Source: an uncultured Clostridium sp. (lineage in GTDB: Bacteria > Bacillota > Clostridia > TANB77 > CAG-508). Taken from it: a stretch of 64,000 nucleotides of DNA. A program made the position numbers and the translations under genes. The stretch lies in contig CAKNKX010000006.1 in NCBI GenBank assembly GCA_930987745.1, forward strand, positions 799-64,798. Reading direction: 5' to 3'. Under the pieces are notes generated by a model. The model was not told the origin of the DNA, did not search any database, and saw nothing but the letters and a program-made list of their open reading frames with translations. Of this stretch, positions 9,624 through 19,002 are shown piece after piece. Position 1 is the first letter of the stretch. Each line of letters opens with the position of its first letter.

Positions 9624-10604
9624 ATGGATAAGTTTAATTTTGGTAATCGTTTGAAACAATTGCGTAAATCATATGGTATTACACAAGCACAATTAGCAGA
9701 AAATTTAAATGAAAGAAGGGCTACTTTATCAAATTACGAAAATAAGAATGTGTATCCAGGATTTAATATGTTAATAAAATTGGCTGATTATTTTCATGTT
9801 TCTGTTGATTACTTAACAGGAAGAACTGATGATTATGAAGTCAATAAACATGATAAAGAAGATACTTTTTATTGGGTTAAAATCTCTAAACCAATACCTT
9901 ATGAAAAAAATAAATATGGAATTTATGCTTTATCTAATGATACTGATATTGAATTTTATGATTTATCAGATTTGAAGAAAAAATATACTAGAATTTATTT
10001 ACCTTTTTTGGGATGTGCACCTGATGCTAAATCTCATTTAAAAGAATGTTATGACTTTTTATCTGAATTTGGATTTTTAGGTGGTACTGAATATAATGAT
10101 CAGTATTTAAATGTTTCTATGTTTAAAAAGCAATGGCCTGGAATTTATAAAATAAACAATGAATTTAATATTTCTACTATGGATTTTTTAGTAAATTTAG
10201 TTATGATGGATCCTAATCTATTTAGTAGTTCAAAAGAAGAAAAGGCTTTTGCTAAAGAACATTCACTAATGGGCTATAGAGAAACAATTCATGATGTTGA
10301 ATATTTAGCAACAGAAATGAAATCATTAGTAACCATTTTTTTACTTTACCCTAGTATATTTATATCTAGAACAAATGAGAAACTTAGAGGTATTAACTTC
10401 TATTATGATAATTCTTATAAAAGAAGGTTTACTTTTACTTCTCTTCTTTCTTATATGTATTATGAACTAATAGAAGATTATATTAATGGGTATTATCCTT
10501 ATAAATGCAATAAATGTAATAAATATTTTTTATCTAGAATAAAGGATAATCCTGAATTACCACATATTTGTGATGATTGTAAAAAACAAGGAGGTTCATT
10601 ATGA
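9624..10604 (+). CDS. XRE/cI-type HTH repressor with a large C-terminal domain ending in a Cys4 cluster
   Basis: I moved the start to the ATG at 9624 (MDKFNFGNRLKQLRKSYGITQAQLAENL), which has a GAGGGGGA RBS about 10 nt upstream. The track start at 9561 would overlap the TTTACA-17-TATAAT promoter. The C-terminus contains CNKCNK...CDDC. Confidence 0.8.
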   Translation: MDKFNFGNRLKQLRKSYGITQAQLAENLNERRATLSNYENKNVYPGFNMLIKLADYFHVSVDYLTGRTDDYEVNKHDKEDTFYWVKISKPIPYEKNKYGIYALSNDTDIEFYDLSDLKKKYTRIYLPFLGCAPDAKSHLKECYDFLSEFGFLGGTEYNDQYLNVSMFKKQWPGIYKINNEFNISTMDFLVNLVMMDPNLFSSSKEEKAFAKEHSLMGYRETIHDVEYLATEMKSLVTIFLLYPSIFISRTNEKLRGINFYYDNSYKRRFTFTSLLSYMYYELIEDYINGYYPYKCNKCNKYFLSRIKDNPELPHICDDCKKQGGSL

Positions 10605-11086
10605 TAAAAATAATAGAATATGATTCGATCTATGATGAACAAATAAAAGACTTATTAATAGAATTACAAAATTATCTTATTGATATAGATGATTGGCATA
10701 CTCAAATTTTATCAGACAACTATCGCGAAGATTACTTTAAAATGGATTTAGAACTTATTAACAAACAGAATGGAAAAATATTTTTAGCAATTGAAGATAC
10801 TAAAATTATAGGATTAGTTCTTGGTGCTGTAAATCTAAATGATGAAATAGACAAACTAACAAATGATTGTGCTAAAACAGGTAATGTATTAGAACTAATA
10901 GTTAAAAATTCTTCACGTGGTCATGGCATTGGAAAATTGCTCTTAAAAAAAATAGAAAATCATTTTAAAAGTATTAATTGTAAAAGAATAAACATTGAAG
11001 TTTTTGGTCCTAATAAAAGTGCTTTAGACTTTTATTTAAAGAACGATTACATAGTTAGAGATTATATTGTAAGTAAAAAAATATAA
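10601..11086 (+). CDS. GNAT family N-acetyltransferase
   Basis: 161 aa with motif A SSRGHGIGKLLLKKIE. It overlaps the repressor stop by 4 nt (ATGA). Confidence 0.8.
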   Translation: MIKIIEYDSIYDEQIKDLLIELQNYLIDIDDWHTQILSDNYREDYFKMDLELINKQNGKIFLAIEDTKIIGLVLGAVNLNDEIDKLTNDCAKTGNVLELIVKNSSRGHGIGKLLLKKIENHFKSINCKRINIEVFGPNKSALDFYLKNDYIVRDYIVSKKI

Positions 11087-11116
11087 TACTTATTATTTAT
11101 AGAAAAGGGTGATTAA

Positions 11117-11617
11117 ATGAAATCTAAATATATTAGACAAGGCATTATTTTTACTATTGATATGATGTTTCTTCCCTTGATTATAACTTTACTTTCAAAT
11201 AATTGGGAACCCATAGCTAATTTCAATGATGGATTGCAACGTTTTATTACATATATTGCTATTTATGAGTTTTTAGCCTTTTTAATAAATAAAAATCAGC
11301 TAGACGCTAGGAAAGATAGTTTATTAATCTATATAACTATTTTAAAAGAAACATTATTATTCATTGAAAATCCTGGCTTTACAACTTTAAAAGATAGCAT
11401 ATTAAATAAAATAAATAAATTGAATGACAAATCATATTATTTCATTCATGAAGATGTATTAAAAGCCGTAAATTCAATAAAATTAGGTATATCTAACAAT
11501 AATTTAACAAATAAAAAAGCTTTTTTAGAAGCTGAATTAATTAATGCAGAACATCACTATGAATCAGAAGGTTTGTCTTGGAATAATACACTTTTATTAA
11601 AGTTCTTAAAAAAATAA
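11117..11617 (+). CDS. Hypothetical protein (N-terminal hydrophobic segments)
   Basis: 166-aa ORF between the GNAT and integrase genes on the same strand. No recognisable motif. Confidence 0.5.
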   Translation: MKSKYIRQGIIFTIDMMFLPLIITLLSNNWEPIANFNDGLQRFITYIAIYEFLAFLINKNQLDARKDSLLIYITILKETLLFIENPGFTTLKDSILNKINKLNDKSYYFIHEDVLKAVNSIKLGISNNNLTNKKAFLEAELINAEHHYESEGLSWNNTLLLKFLKK

Positions 11618-11634
11618 TATGTCTTCCCTACCAC

Positions 11635-12843
11635 ATGAAAGGAGGTGATGAAGGTGTGGTAGGAAATATCGAAAAACGTGGAGAGAATTCATACAGATTA
11701 AGAGTTTCTGGTGGATATACAGGAGAAGGAAAAAGAATTATCTATAAAAAGACAGTTCAAGCCAAAAACAAAAATGAAGCTAGAAAAGAATTAGCATTAT
11801 TTATATCAGAAATAGAAACAGGTCAAGCTTTATCTGCAAAAAAGATGCGTTTTAGGAATTATGCTGATTTTTGGATTGACCATTATGCAATTCCAAATTT
11901 ATCTCCTAAAACCTATGAAAGATACAAAAGTATGTTAAGGTCAAGAATTCTCCCCTATCTCGGCAACATGTATTTAGACAAAATTCAACCAATGCAATTA
12001 ATGTATTTATACCAAGAATTGAGTGAGGCAACTTATATTAGAAAAAATATCAAACATAAATTATCTCCCAAAACTGTACTAGAACATCATAGATTATTAC
12101 ATTCAATGTTACAACAAGCAGTATATTGGCAAATGATTCCATATAATCCTGCATCAAGAGTAAGGCCACCTAAAGCTAAAAAAACAAGTATTAATTTCTA
12201 TGATGATGTACAAACAATAGCATTAATAAAAGCATTGGAAGGTGAAGAATTAAAGTTTCGTGTAATTATCCTATTAACAATTTATACAGGATTAAGGCGT
12301 GGCGAAGTTTTAGGATTAGAATGGCAAGATGTAGACTTTAAAAATTCTTCAATCACTGTAAGACAAGCTAGTCAATATGTTTCTTCTATTGGAATTTATA
12401 CAAAAGATCCCAAAACAGAAACATCAAACAGGGTTATTAGTATTCCTGATTCAATTACTAAATTATTAAAAGAATACAAAAGAAAACAATCAGAAAAAAG
12501 ATTAAAATTAGGAGACAAATGGATTAATACTAATCGTTTATTTGTACAATGGGATGGTTCTCCTATGCATCCAGATACAATTACAAAATGGTTTAGGCAG
12601 TTCCTAGAAGATAAAAACTTGCCACATATTACATTTCATGGATTACGCCATACACATGCAACTTTGCTTATTGCACAAGGATTAGATGTTAGAACTGTTA
12701 GTAATAGATTAGGACATGCTCAAACATCTACAACATTAAATATCTATGCCCATGCATTCGCGAGAATGGACAGAGAGGCATCAGATAAACTTGATAATCT
12801 TCTTTATAGGGAAGATACAAAAAAATATTTTAAAGCCAATTAA
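11635..12843 (+). CDS. int: Tyrosine-type site-specific integrase
   Basis: 402 aa. The catalytic region contains LRRGEVLGLEW (Arg I) and HGLRHTHATLLIAQGLDVRTVSNRLGHAQTSTTLNIYAH (H-x-x-R ... H ... Y). Confidence 0.92.
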   Translation: MKGGDEGVVGNIEKRGENSYRLRVSGGYTGEGKRIIYKKTVQAKNKNEARKELALFISEIETGQALSAKKMRFRNYADFWIDHYAIPNLSPKTYERYKSMLRSRILPYLGNMYLDKIQPMQLMYLYQELSEATYIRKNIKHKLSPKTVLEHHRLLHSMLQQAVYWQMIPYNPASRVRPPKAKKTSINFYDDVQTIALIKALEGEELKFRVIILLTIYTGLRRGEVLGLEWQDVDFKNSSITVRQASQYVSSIGIYTKDPKTETSNRVISIPDSITKLLKEYKRKQSEKRLKLGDKWINTNRLFVQWDGSPMHPDTITKWFRQFLEDKNLPHITFHGLRHTHATLLIAQGLDVRTVSNRLGHAQTSTTLNIYAHAFARMDREASDKLDNLLYREDTKKYFKAN

Positions 12844-12932
12844 AGGCTTATCACATAAATTTATACAAAAAATTGAAAGGAAAAAATTCTATGAAAAATT
12901 ATAATAATAAAGAAGTAAATCAAGACATGATA

Positions 12933-13000
12933 GTTTCTGCTTAAATACTTTTAATTAATTTCACAATTTAATATTTTATAATTTAAGCAGAAACTTTTTT
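12933..13000 (+). terminator. Long-loop hairpin plus T-run downstream of int
   Basis: GTTTCTGCTTAAAT (12933-12946) pairs with ATTTAAGCAGAAAC (12981-12994) and is followed by TTTTTTATTTT. The loop is large, so terminator strength is uncertain. Confidence 0.4.
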
Positions 13001-13175
13001 ATTTTATTTCAAATAGAATTTAATCAAATATATTTATAAATATCGAAAATTCAAGGTTTACCAAAAACCTTTTTATATAGATTTGTGCCCAAATGGTGCC
13101 CAATTCATTTTATGTAATGTAAAATGAGCAAAAAATAAAGAGTCCACAATCTCTTGCGACTCTAAGTTTAAATCT

Positions 13176-13220
13176 TGGTTGCGGGGGTAAGACTCGAACT
13201 TACGACCTTCGGGTTATGAG
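13176..13220 (-). pseudogene. Orphan 3' half of initiator tRNA-fMet (anticodon-loop core CTCATAA through CCA)
   Basis: The reverse complement is ctcataacccgaaggtcgtaagttcgagtcttacccccgcaacca. It differs at one base (g for a in the variable region) from the 3' part of the intact tRNA at 25979-26054. No 5' half follows it. Confidence 0.85.
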
Positions 13221-13361
13221 AAATGGAATGCATTTTTCGTTTTTTCTATTATGTTTTAAAGAGCGCTATTCTGTATAGTTACAGCATAACACTCTTTTAT
13301 TATCTACTAATAATTCTATTATTTTTTAGGTTGGTAGGGGTATTTTTAGGGGTAAAACTTC

Positions 13362-13793
13362 TTATTCCTCATATTCGATATTATTTTTCTGACACCATTC
13401 TATTGCCATATTTTTTAGATACTCTTCTCTAAAATTATAGTAATCATTTTCTATTCTAAATTTCCTTAATGTTTCTTTAAATCTCCTATATTTTCCTTTG
13501 CCATAAAATGCATCCTCTAATTCTTCTTGTATATTTTCATTTTTTATTTCATCAATATATTCTTCTACCAATTCTGAATCATGAAATACATATGAACTTG
13601 GTAAATAATAATATCTTTCTTCTTCGTCTTCTTCTATTTTATCAGTTAATTCTTCATATTCTTGCATTGACATCATATTAAGATCTATAAAAATAAAATC
13701 ATTTTTCTTTTTATCATATACAATATACTCATAATTCTGTATTTCATCAAACATATCAACTAATTCATCTAATTTAAGTTTCATGTTTTTCAC
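13362..13793 (-). CDS. Small acidic protein, UPF0158-like (assignment from memory)
   Basis: 143 aa and highly acidic (EEDEEERYYYLPSSY...). The C-terminal segment is YGKGKYRRFKETLRKF. It starts 7 nt after the stop of the AEP-helicase gene, so the two are probably co-transcribed. Confidence 0.6.
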   Translation of the reverse strand: MKNMKLKLDELVDMFDEIQNYEYIVYDKKKNDFIFIDLNMMSMQEYEELTDKIEEDEEERYYYLPSSYVFHDSELVEEYIDEIKNENIQEELEDAFYGKGKYRRFKETLRKFRIENDYYNFREEYLKNMAIEWCQKNNIEYEE

Positions 13794-13800
13794 TCCCTTC

Positions 13801-16146
13801 TTATTCTATAATCTCATATCCTGCAATTTTATATCCTTTTAATCTTCTATTATACATCTTTTCTAGAACTTTCATATTATCTAAATAATCATACACTATT
13901 ACTTTCTCTTTATCTTCATGCTCTCTATGCAATCTTCCTACGTATTGTATAATTCTTCCTTTCCATGAAACTGGCATAGTTAGAAATAATGTATCTAATC
14001 TACTATCATCAAATCCCTCTCCTATTGAACTACTTGTTGCTAATATTATCCTTGGTTTATTGTTTTTATCTGCTTCATCTATGACATCTTGAATTTCTTT
14101 AGTTTTCTTTTTTCCCATATTCCCCTTATACGCCACCACTGGTACATTTAAATTTTCTAAATTTTCCTTCAAAACTTTTAAATGTTCTACTCTTTCAGTT
14201 AATACTATAGGAACTCTACCTTCTAAAATGCATTTATTTATATCTTCTATTATCATACTATTTCTAAAAATATTATGGCACATATCGTTAAGGATTTCTG
14301 AAATTTGTATTTTATCTTTTTCTTCAGTTGGAATGTATTTATAATTAGTCTTTTTTACAATTACTGTATGTTCCATTTCTTTATTCTGTTTTAATTCGCG
14401 ATGGCTTACCCTAACTCTTATATCGCCACACTGCATATATATTATTTTATGCCATCCATCTTTCCTTGTTGGTGTTGCAGTTAAACCATATACATGTTTA
14501 CTTCTTACAGCTTTTAATACTTTTTCGAAGCTATATGCAGCAGCATGATGACATTCATCTACAATAACTAATCCATAATCTTTAACTAATTCTTCCAAAT
14601 TATCTTTTTTAAATAAAGATTGAAAACTTGCAACATCTAATTTTCCATTTGGTTTTTCTTTACCGCTACCAATTTGTCCTATTTCTTTTTTATTTATATT
14701 TAAAAAATATGATAACCTTTCTTTCCATTGTTCTAACAGATTATTTCTATTAACTATAACTAATGTATTAGTTTTTAATTCTGAAATAATTTTAGCTCCC
14801 ACTACTGTTTTTCCAAATCCTGTTGTAGCACATAATACTCCTACATCATGTTTTAGTAATTCTTTCATTGCTTTTTCTTGCTTATTATTTAACTTTCCAT
14901 CAAACTTGTAGTCTGTTCTAATTCCATTTTCTCTTGTATCTTTTACTATTAAATTGACATTGCTTTTTTTACATATTTCTGAAACTTTATCTATACAACC
15001 TCTTGGCAATTTCAAGAATCTTTCATCATCTTCAAAACAGCTTATTATTCTAGGTGTTGTTTTATAAAATATTGGCATTCTTAATTTTTGTAATTCATAA
15101 AATTTCGGATTAGTGAAACTGGCTAATCTTTTTAAATAAGTTATTTCATTTGGTAGTAATTTTAATTTTTTAATATATATTTGATTATCAAATATGCACT
15201 CCACATTGTTTGTAAATATAGTATCTTTAATATTTTCCTTTTTAGGTATTTCATCATCATCTAAGATTTCTTCTATTTCAGGTTCTTTATAATCATCTTC
15301 TTTGTATTTATCAATAAATGCATATATTTCATTGCATTTCATTCTTTTTATATTGTTTAAAATGTTTATTTGATTTTTCTCTACTTCAAAATATTTATCT
15401 ACAAAAACTGTATTTCCACTTTTACTGCTTTCACCTTGAAATGGTAAAGCTATTAAATTTCCAAATCCGCCTTTTGGCATTGTATCTTGGTTTGGAAATA
15501 ATCTATCATATGAATCCAAGTCCAAAGATGCTTTTTCCATTGTCTTAGTTAATAGTATATTACCCATTTTTCTAGCAATTCTAGCTGGTATACTTTCCTC
15601 AAAAAATATCCAAATATGTGCTCCATTTCCTGAACGAGATTTTTCTACATATATTGGTATATCTGATTCATCACATATATTCCAAAATGCAGCTACATCT
15701 TTTTCGAAAGTTTTCTTATCAAAATCTATTGCTAAAAAATTACATAAATCTCCTGGTAATAATGGATATATTCCTATTGTAATCTCACCCTTTAAATGCT
15801 TTAAGATTATATCCTCTGTTAATGGTGTTAGTTCTCTAAAAGGACATTCATTACATTTTACTCTTGGCTTATCACATTTATATGTACTAAATTCATTCTT
15901 ACAAACTGGTGAATATCCTGATTTTCCAGTTTTATTACTTGTCCATCTTTTTGCATATAAATCAGTTCTTCCCTTAAATACTTCCATAAAGATTTTTACT
16001 TTTTCTTCATTAGAAATAACTTTTTCTTCTTTTTCAACTTCTTTTTCTTCTATTTTTCCATATAGCTTCTCTTTTAATTCATTATTTTCTTTTTCTAATT
16101 TTTGTATTATTTGTATCAATTCTTTTTTATCTAAATCCTCTAACAA
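13801..16146 (-). CDS. Archaeo-eukaryotic primase (AEP/PrimPol)-like domain fused to an SF2 DEAD/DEAH-box helicase
   Basis: 781 aa with an N-terminal coiled coil and Cys cluster (CKNEFSTYKCDKPRVKCNEC). AEP motifs are LAIDFDK (DxD), SRSGNGAHIWIFF (sGxGxH) and FPNQD...GFGNLIALPF. Helicase motifs are ATTGFGKTVVG (I), VIVDECHHAAA (II), GLTATPTR (III) and QYVGRLHR (VI). Confidence 0.85.
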   Translation of the reverse strand: MLEDLDKKELIQIIQKLEKENNELKEKLYGKIEEKEVEKEEKVISNEEKVKIFMEVFKGRTDLYAKRWTSNKTGKSGYSPVCKNEFSTYKCDKPRVKCNECPFRELTPLTEDIILKHLKGEITIGIYPLLPGDLCNFLAIDFDKKTFEKDVAAFWNICDESDIPIYVEKSRSGNGAHIWIFFEESIPARIARKMGNILLTKTMEKASLDLDSYDRLFPNQDTMPKGGFGNLIALPFQGESSKSGNTVFVDKYFEVEKNQINILNNIKRMKCNEIYAFIDKYKEDDYKEPEIEEILDDDEIPKKENIKDTIFTNNVECIFDNQIYIKKLKLLPNEITYLKRLASFTNPKFYELQKLRMPIFYKTTPRIISCFEDDERFLKLPRGCIDKVSEICKKSNVNLIVKDTRENGIRTDYKFDGKLNNKQEKAMKELLKHDVGVLCATTGFGKTVVGAKIISELKTNTLVIVNRNNLLEQWKERLSYFLNINKKEIGQIGSGKEKPNGKLDVASFQSLFKKDNLEELVKDYGLVIVDECHHAAAYSFEKVLKAVRSKHVYGLTATPTRKDGWHKIIYMQCGDIRVRVSHRELKQNKEMEHTVIVKKTNYKYIPTEEKDKIQISEILNDMCHNIFRNSMIIEDINKCILEGRVPIVLTERVEHLKVLKENLENLNVPVVAYKGNMGKKKTKEIQDVIDEADKNNKPRIILATSSSIGEGFDDSRLDTLFLTMPVSWKGRIIQYVGRLHREHEDKEKVIVYDYLDNMKVLEKMYNRRLKGYKIAGYEIIE

Positions 16147-16321
16147 AGCTATCTCACTCCTTTTTAATATCTCTATTTTATCATATTTTTGAATTTTAAT
16201 TAAATTATGTAAATTGTGTTGAATTATTTTATTTTCTGTGCTATATTAATTATATTATTTTCATATATTTTTTCTTTAATCTTCCCCACAAAAAAATTTC
16301 ATAGGAGGTGACTTTATAGTT

Positions 16322-16663
16322 TTGAATTTATTTGAACCAATTATAAATAGCTTAGATAATGCTATTCATAAAAGTAATTTAAAAGATTCTTTTATAGATG
16401 ATTTTATTCATGATTTACAAAGATATATGCTAAGGCAAAATTTGGATTATGATTATAGTAAACTACCTAAAAGTACTATATTTGAAGTTGATTATATTGA
16501 AGATGGTTTTGCTTCTTGTTTAGACACTTCTCAAAAACATTCAGAAAAATATTGCATTCCTTCAGAACTTCTTGACGAATCTGCCAAAAAAGCTGATTAT
16601 ATTCAATTTGATGGTACTAAATATACTGCTGTTTCTAATCCTTATCAAAAAGATTCTAACTAA
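16322..16663 (+). CDS. Hypothetical protein
   Basis: 113-aa ORF with a TTG start 9 nt after an AGGAGGTG RBS. It is divergent from the AEP-helicase gene. Confidence 0.5.
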   Translation: MNLFEPIINSLDNAIHKSNLKDSFIDDFIHDLQRYMLRQNLDYDYSKLPKSTIFEVDYIEDGFASCLDTSQKHSEKYCIPSELLDESAKKADYIQFDGTKYTAVSNPYQKDSN

Positions 16664-16790
16664 TTTTAATAAAAAAATAAGAACATATATCAAATATGCT
16701 CCTATAACTTACCTTATTTGCTCCATCTAAATTTAACTCTTTTAATTTTTCAATTATTATACTATTACCATCACTTTTAAGCCATATAGT

Positions 16791-17213
16791 TCACTGATTC
16801 TTTGTTATAAATATATTACTTTCTTCCACTCCTGCTTCTTTTAATCTTTCTATGACACTTTGATCTGGATGGTTATAATTTTCATTATTTCCCGCAGATA
16901 TAATTGCATAAGTTGGTTTTACTATGTTCAAAAATTCACTTGATGTCGATTCTTTTGCTCCATGATGTGCAACTTTTAGTACGTCTACTTTTTCCAATCC
17001 TTTTATTTTACTATCTATACTATCTGTTATGTCTCCTGTAAATAAATATTTTGTACTTCCATAATCAAGTTTAATAACTATTGATGTATCATTAAATCTA
17101 TTTTTGTCGCTTGAATTAGAATTGTCAACATTTAAACATTTCCATATTGCATTTCCTAACTTATATTCTTTGTCTTCTGACTTTTCTATTTGTTGCTTGT
17201 TAATATGTATGTG
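16791..17213 (-). pseudogene. 5'-truncated metallo-beta-lactamase-fold (ComEC C-terminal-like) gene fragment
   Basis: The minus-strand frame is open from about 17213 and reads ...IVIKLDYGSTKYLFTGDITDS...VDVLKVAHHGAKESTSSEFLNIVKPTYAIISAGNNENYNHPDQSVIERL. This matches the TGD and HHG motifs of MBL/ComEC domains. The N-terminal part is missing and the frame ends at the IS terminus. Confidence 0.7.
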
Positions 17214-17219
17214 TCAAGT

Positions 17220-18918
17220 AAATGTAGGCAATTTTTTTATCTTTTTTTCTAATCCTTTAAATGCCATTGCTTCCAACACTTTATTTATTTTTTTGTTCTT
17301 TTAATAAACAAATTAATAACTTAATCTTAATTCGCTTATATCTCTACATTTCAATATTTTATTTATAAAATTATTTTCTATATGTCCTTTTTGTATTCCA
17401 ACTCCTTCTTTTGTTTTTTCTGTTGCTACAAAACTATCTTTTCTCGTTCTATTTTTTCTTACATTTTCTTCTATTTCTTTTATCCAATCTTCTACACTTG
17501 TATCTATTGGTATTGGTGTTTCTAATTCTTCTAAACTAAACTTTTCGCTTAATACACATATCTTTGCTAATGCATTTGCTCCATGCTCACTAAACGCTTT
17601 TCTTCCACTACAAAATCTTTTCTTTAATTTACTAAATATCTGACTTTCTTGTGTTCCCATATTTCTGTATTCTACTCCTTCTGGTGCCTCTGGTACTTCT
17701 ACTATATCTTGATATCTTTCTAGTCCACTACTTAAATAGCTTTGTAATGTATTTAATTTTTTTACTGCTTTATATTCTCCTCCTAATTCTACTTTTAATC
17801 CCTCTATTGTTTTTTCTATCTTATCATATTGTTTTGTTTTCACTAATTCTTCTACTATATTTCTATATTCTTTTGGTACATCCCTTACTATTTCTTGCAT
17901 TATATGAAACTGATCCTTTTGATATATTCTTCCTTTTGCTGTTATTCCTTTTGTCCACTTCGCTCCATCTCCATTTACTACTCTTAATTTTATTTTCTCT
18001 ACATCATATTGTTGATATACTCTTGCATCTCTTAATTTCTTTATTTCTTTTGGTTTCATCATTCCTGCTATATATTGCTTATTTATTAATGGATGCCTTT
18101 TATCATCTTTTTTCCACCCTTCATACATTACATGCAGTTTTAATTCTGTTTTGATTTTTTGCTTTGGATTAAATTCTTTGTTTTCTTTTTCACATTTCTT
18201 TTTATTTTCTTCTAATCTTTCTTTTCTATCTTTTCCTTGTAAATTTATCCACAATCCATCTGCTTCTTCAAACAGTGCTATTATTTCCTTCAATCCTGCC
18301 ACTAGTTGTCCCTTATCCAACATTTTCCTTTCTTCTTTTTCTTTCTTTGTTATTTTGTCTCCCAATTTTACTACAATATTTCTTATCCATTCAAAACTTA
18401 ATGTCGCATTTGTTGTTTCTTTTAGTACTGTTTCTGCTTTTCTATATGAATCTGTTATTGGTACTGTTTCTACTATTTTTTCTACTAAATTTTCTGATGC
18501 TTTTCCTTCTGTATTTATATGCAATTTTTCATCTAGTAAATACACTCTTTTCTTAATTCCTTCTTCCTCAACCTCATACATTGCCCTTACATATTCTACT
18601 TCTCCCATTACTGTTTTTATTGTATTTTTTCTTAATCCTTTATGCCTATATTTCTTCGTATCTCTGGCTTTCATTATCTTTCTGCCATAACTTTCTAAAA
18701 TTAATTTTATTATTAAACATCCAAAATTACATACAAATTTAAATATTTTTTTCTCTAAATTATTGAATTTTATTTCTTCTTCTGTTACAATTTCTTCAAA
18801 CATAGATATTTTCCTTTCTTTTGTGTGGTTTGCAATTCACATTTTAAAGGATTATCTATGTTTTTTCAATATTTTTTAGATAAAAATTATGTAGGCATTT
18901 TATATTTTGCCTACATTA
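17220..18918 (-). mobile_element. ISLre2-family-like insertion sequence (approximate ends)
   Basis: A single transposase gene is flanked by inverted termini, AAATGTAGGCAA (17220-17231) and TTGCCTACATT (18907-18917). No clear target duplication was seen. Confidence 0.55.
17313..18803 (-). CDS. ISLre2/UPF0236-family transposase
   Basis: 496 aa. The N-terminus MFEEIVTEEEIKFNNLEKKIFKFVCNFGC...KYRHKGLRKNTIKTVMGEVEY resembles UPF0236/ISLre2 transposases of Clostridia and Thermoanaerobacter as I remember them. Confidence 0.7.
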   Translation of the reverse strand: MFEEIVTEEEIKFNNLEKKIFKFVCNFGCLIIKLILESYGRKIMKARDTKKYRHKGLRKNTIKTVMGEVEYVRAMYEVEEEGIKKRVYLLDEKLHINTEGKASENLVEKIVETVPITDSYRKAETVLKETTNATLSFEWIRNIVVKLGDKITKKEKEERKMLDKGQLVAGLKEIIALFEEADGLWINLQGKDRKERLEENKKKCEKENKEFNPKQKIKTELKLHVMYEGWKKDDKRHPLINKQYIAGMMKPKEIKKLRDARVYQQYDVEKIKLRVVNGDGAKWTKGITAKGRIYQKDQFHIMQEIVRDVPKEYRNIVEELVKTKQYDKIEKTIEGLKVELGGEYKAVKKLNTLQSYLSSGLERYQDIVEVPEAPEGVEYRNMGTQESQIFSKLKKRFCSGRKAFSEHGANALAKICVLSEKFSLEELETPIPIDTSVEDWIKEIEENVRKNRTRKDSFVATEKTKEGVGIQKGHIENNFINKILKCRDISELRLSY

Positions 18919-19002
18919 ATTTTACACTAACTTTTTCACCCGTGTAAACTTTAAAAATTCTTTAATAAATAATTTAAGATATTTTAATTTTATGATCCTC
19001 AA

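Larger units (their letters stand above)
4202..13220. mobile_element. Integrase-bearing cryptic element (prophage remnant or satellite/PICI-like) with a lysogeny and replication module but no virion genes. The left boundary was not identified.
   Basis: The tyrosine integrase and cI-like repressor are on the + strand. A divergent minus-strand operon encodes an Xis-like HTH, a DnaD-like replisome organizer, a DnaC-like loader and a RusA-like protein. The right end abuts the CCA end of a tRNA-fMet 3' fragment (13176-13220), and GTGCCCAA direct repeats sit at 13085-13103. I found no matching left att repeat. Confidence 0.5.

Noticed and set aside
13201-13213. The sequence ccttcggg inside the orphan tRNA 3' half as another CTTCGG-type site
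   Set aside because: It is non-coding. It differs from the intact tRNA by a substitution (cccGaagg versus cccAaagg), not by an inserted C, so it is unrelated to the frameshift pattern.
17651-18690. Long ORFs on the + strand (17651-18154, 18151-18690, 18275-18556), rich in Leu, Phe and Ser
   Set aside because: They lie antisense to the ISLre2-type transposase gene and have low-complexity composition with no RBS. They are shadow ORFs typical of AT-rich DNA. The same applies to many other track ORFs antisense to real genes, for example 2921-3121, 3486-3740, 8454-8681, 33661-33954, 34339-34533, 35066-35269, 38543-38869, 41515-41844, 44267-44933, 47817-48504, 56799-57101 and 61083-61590.
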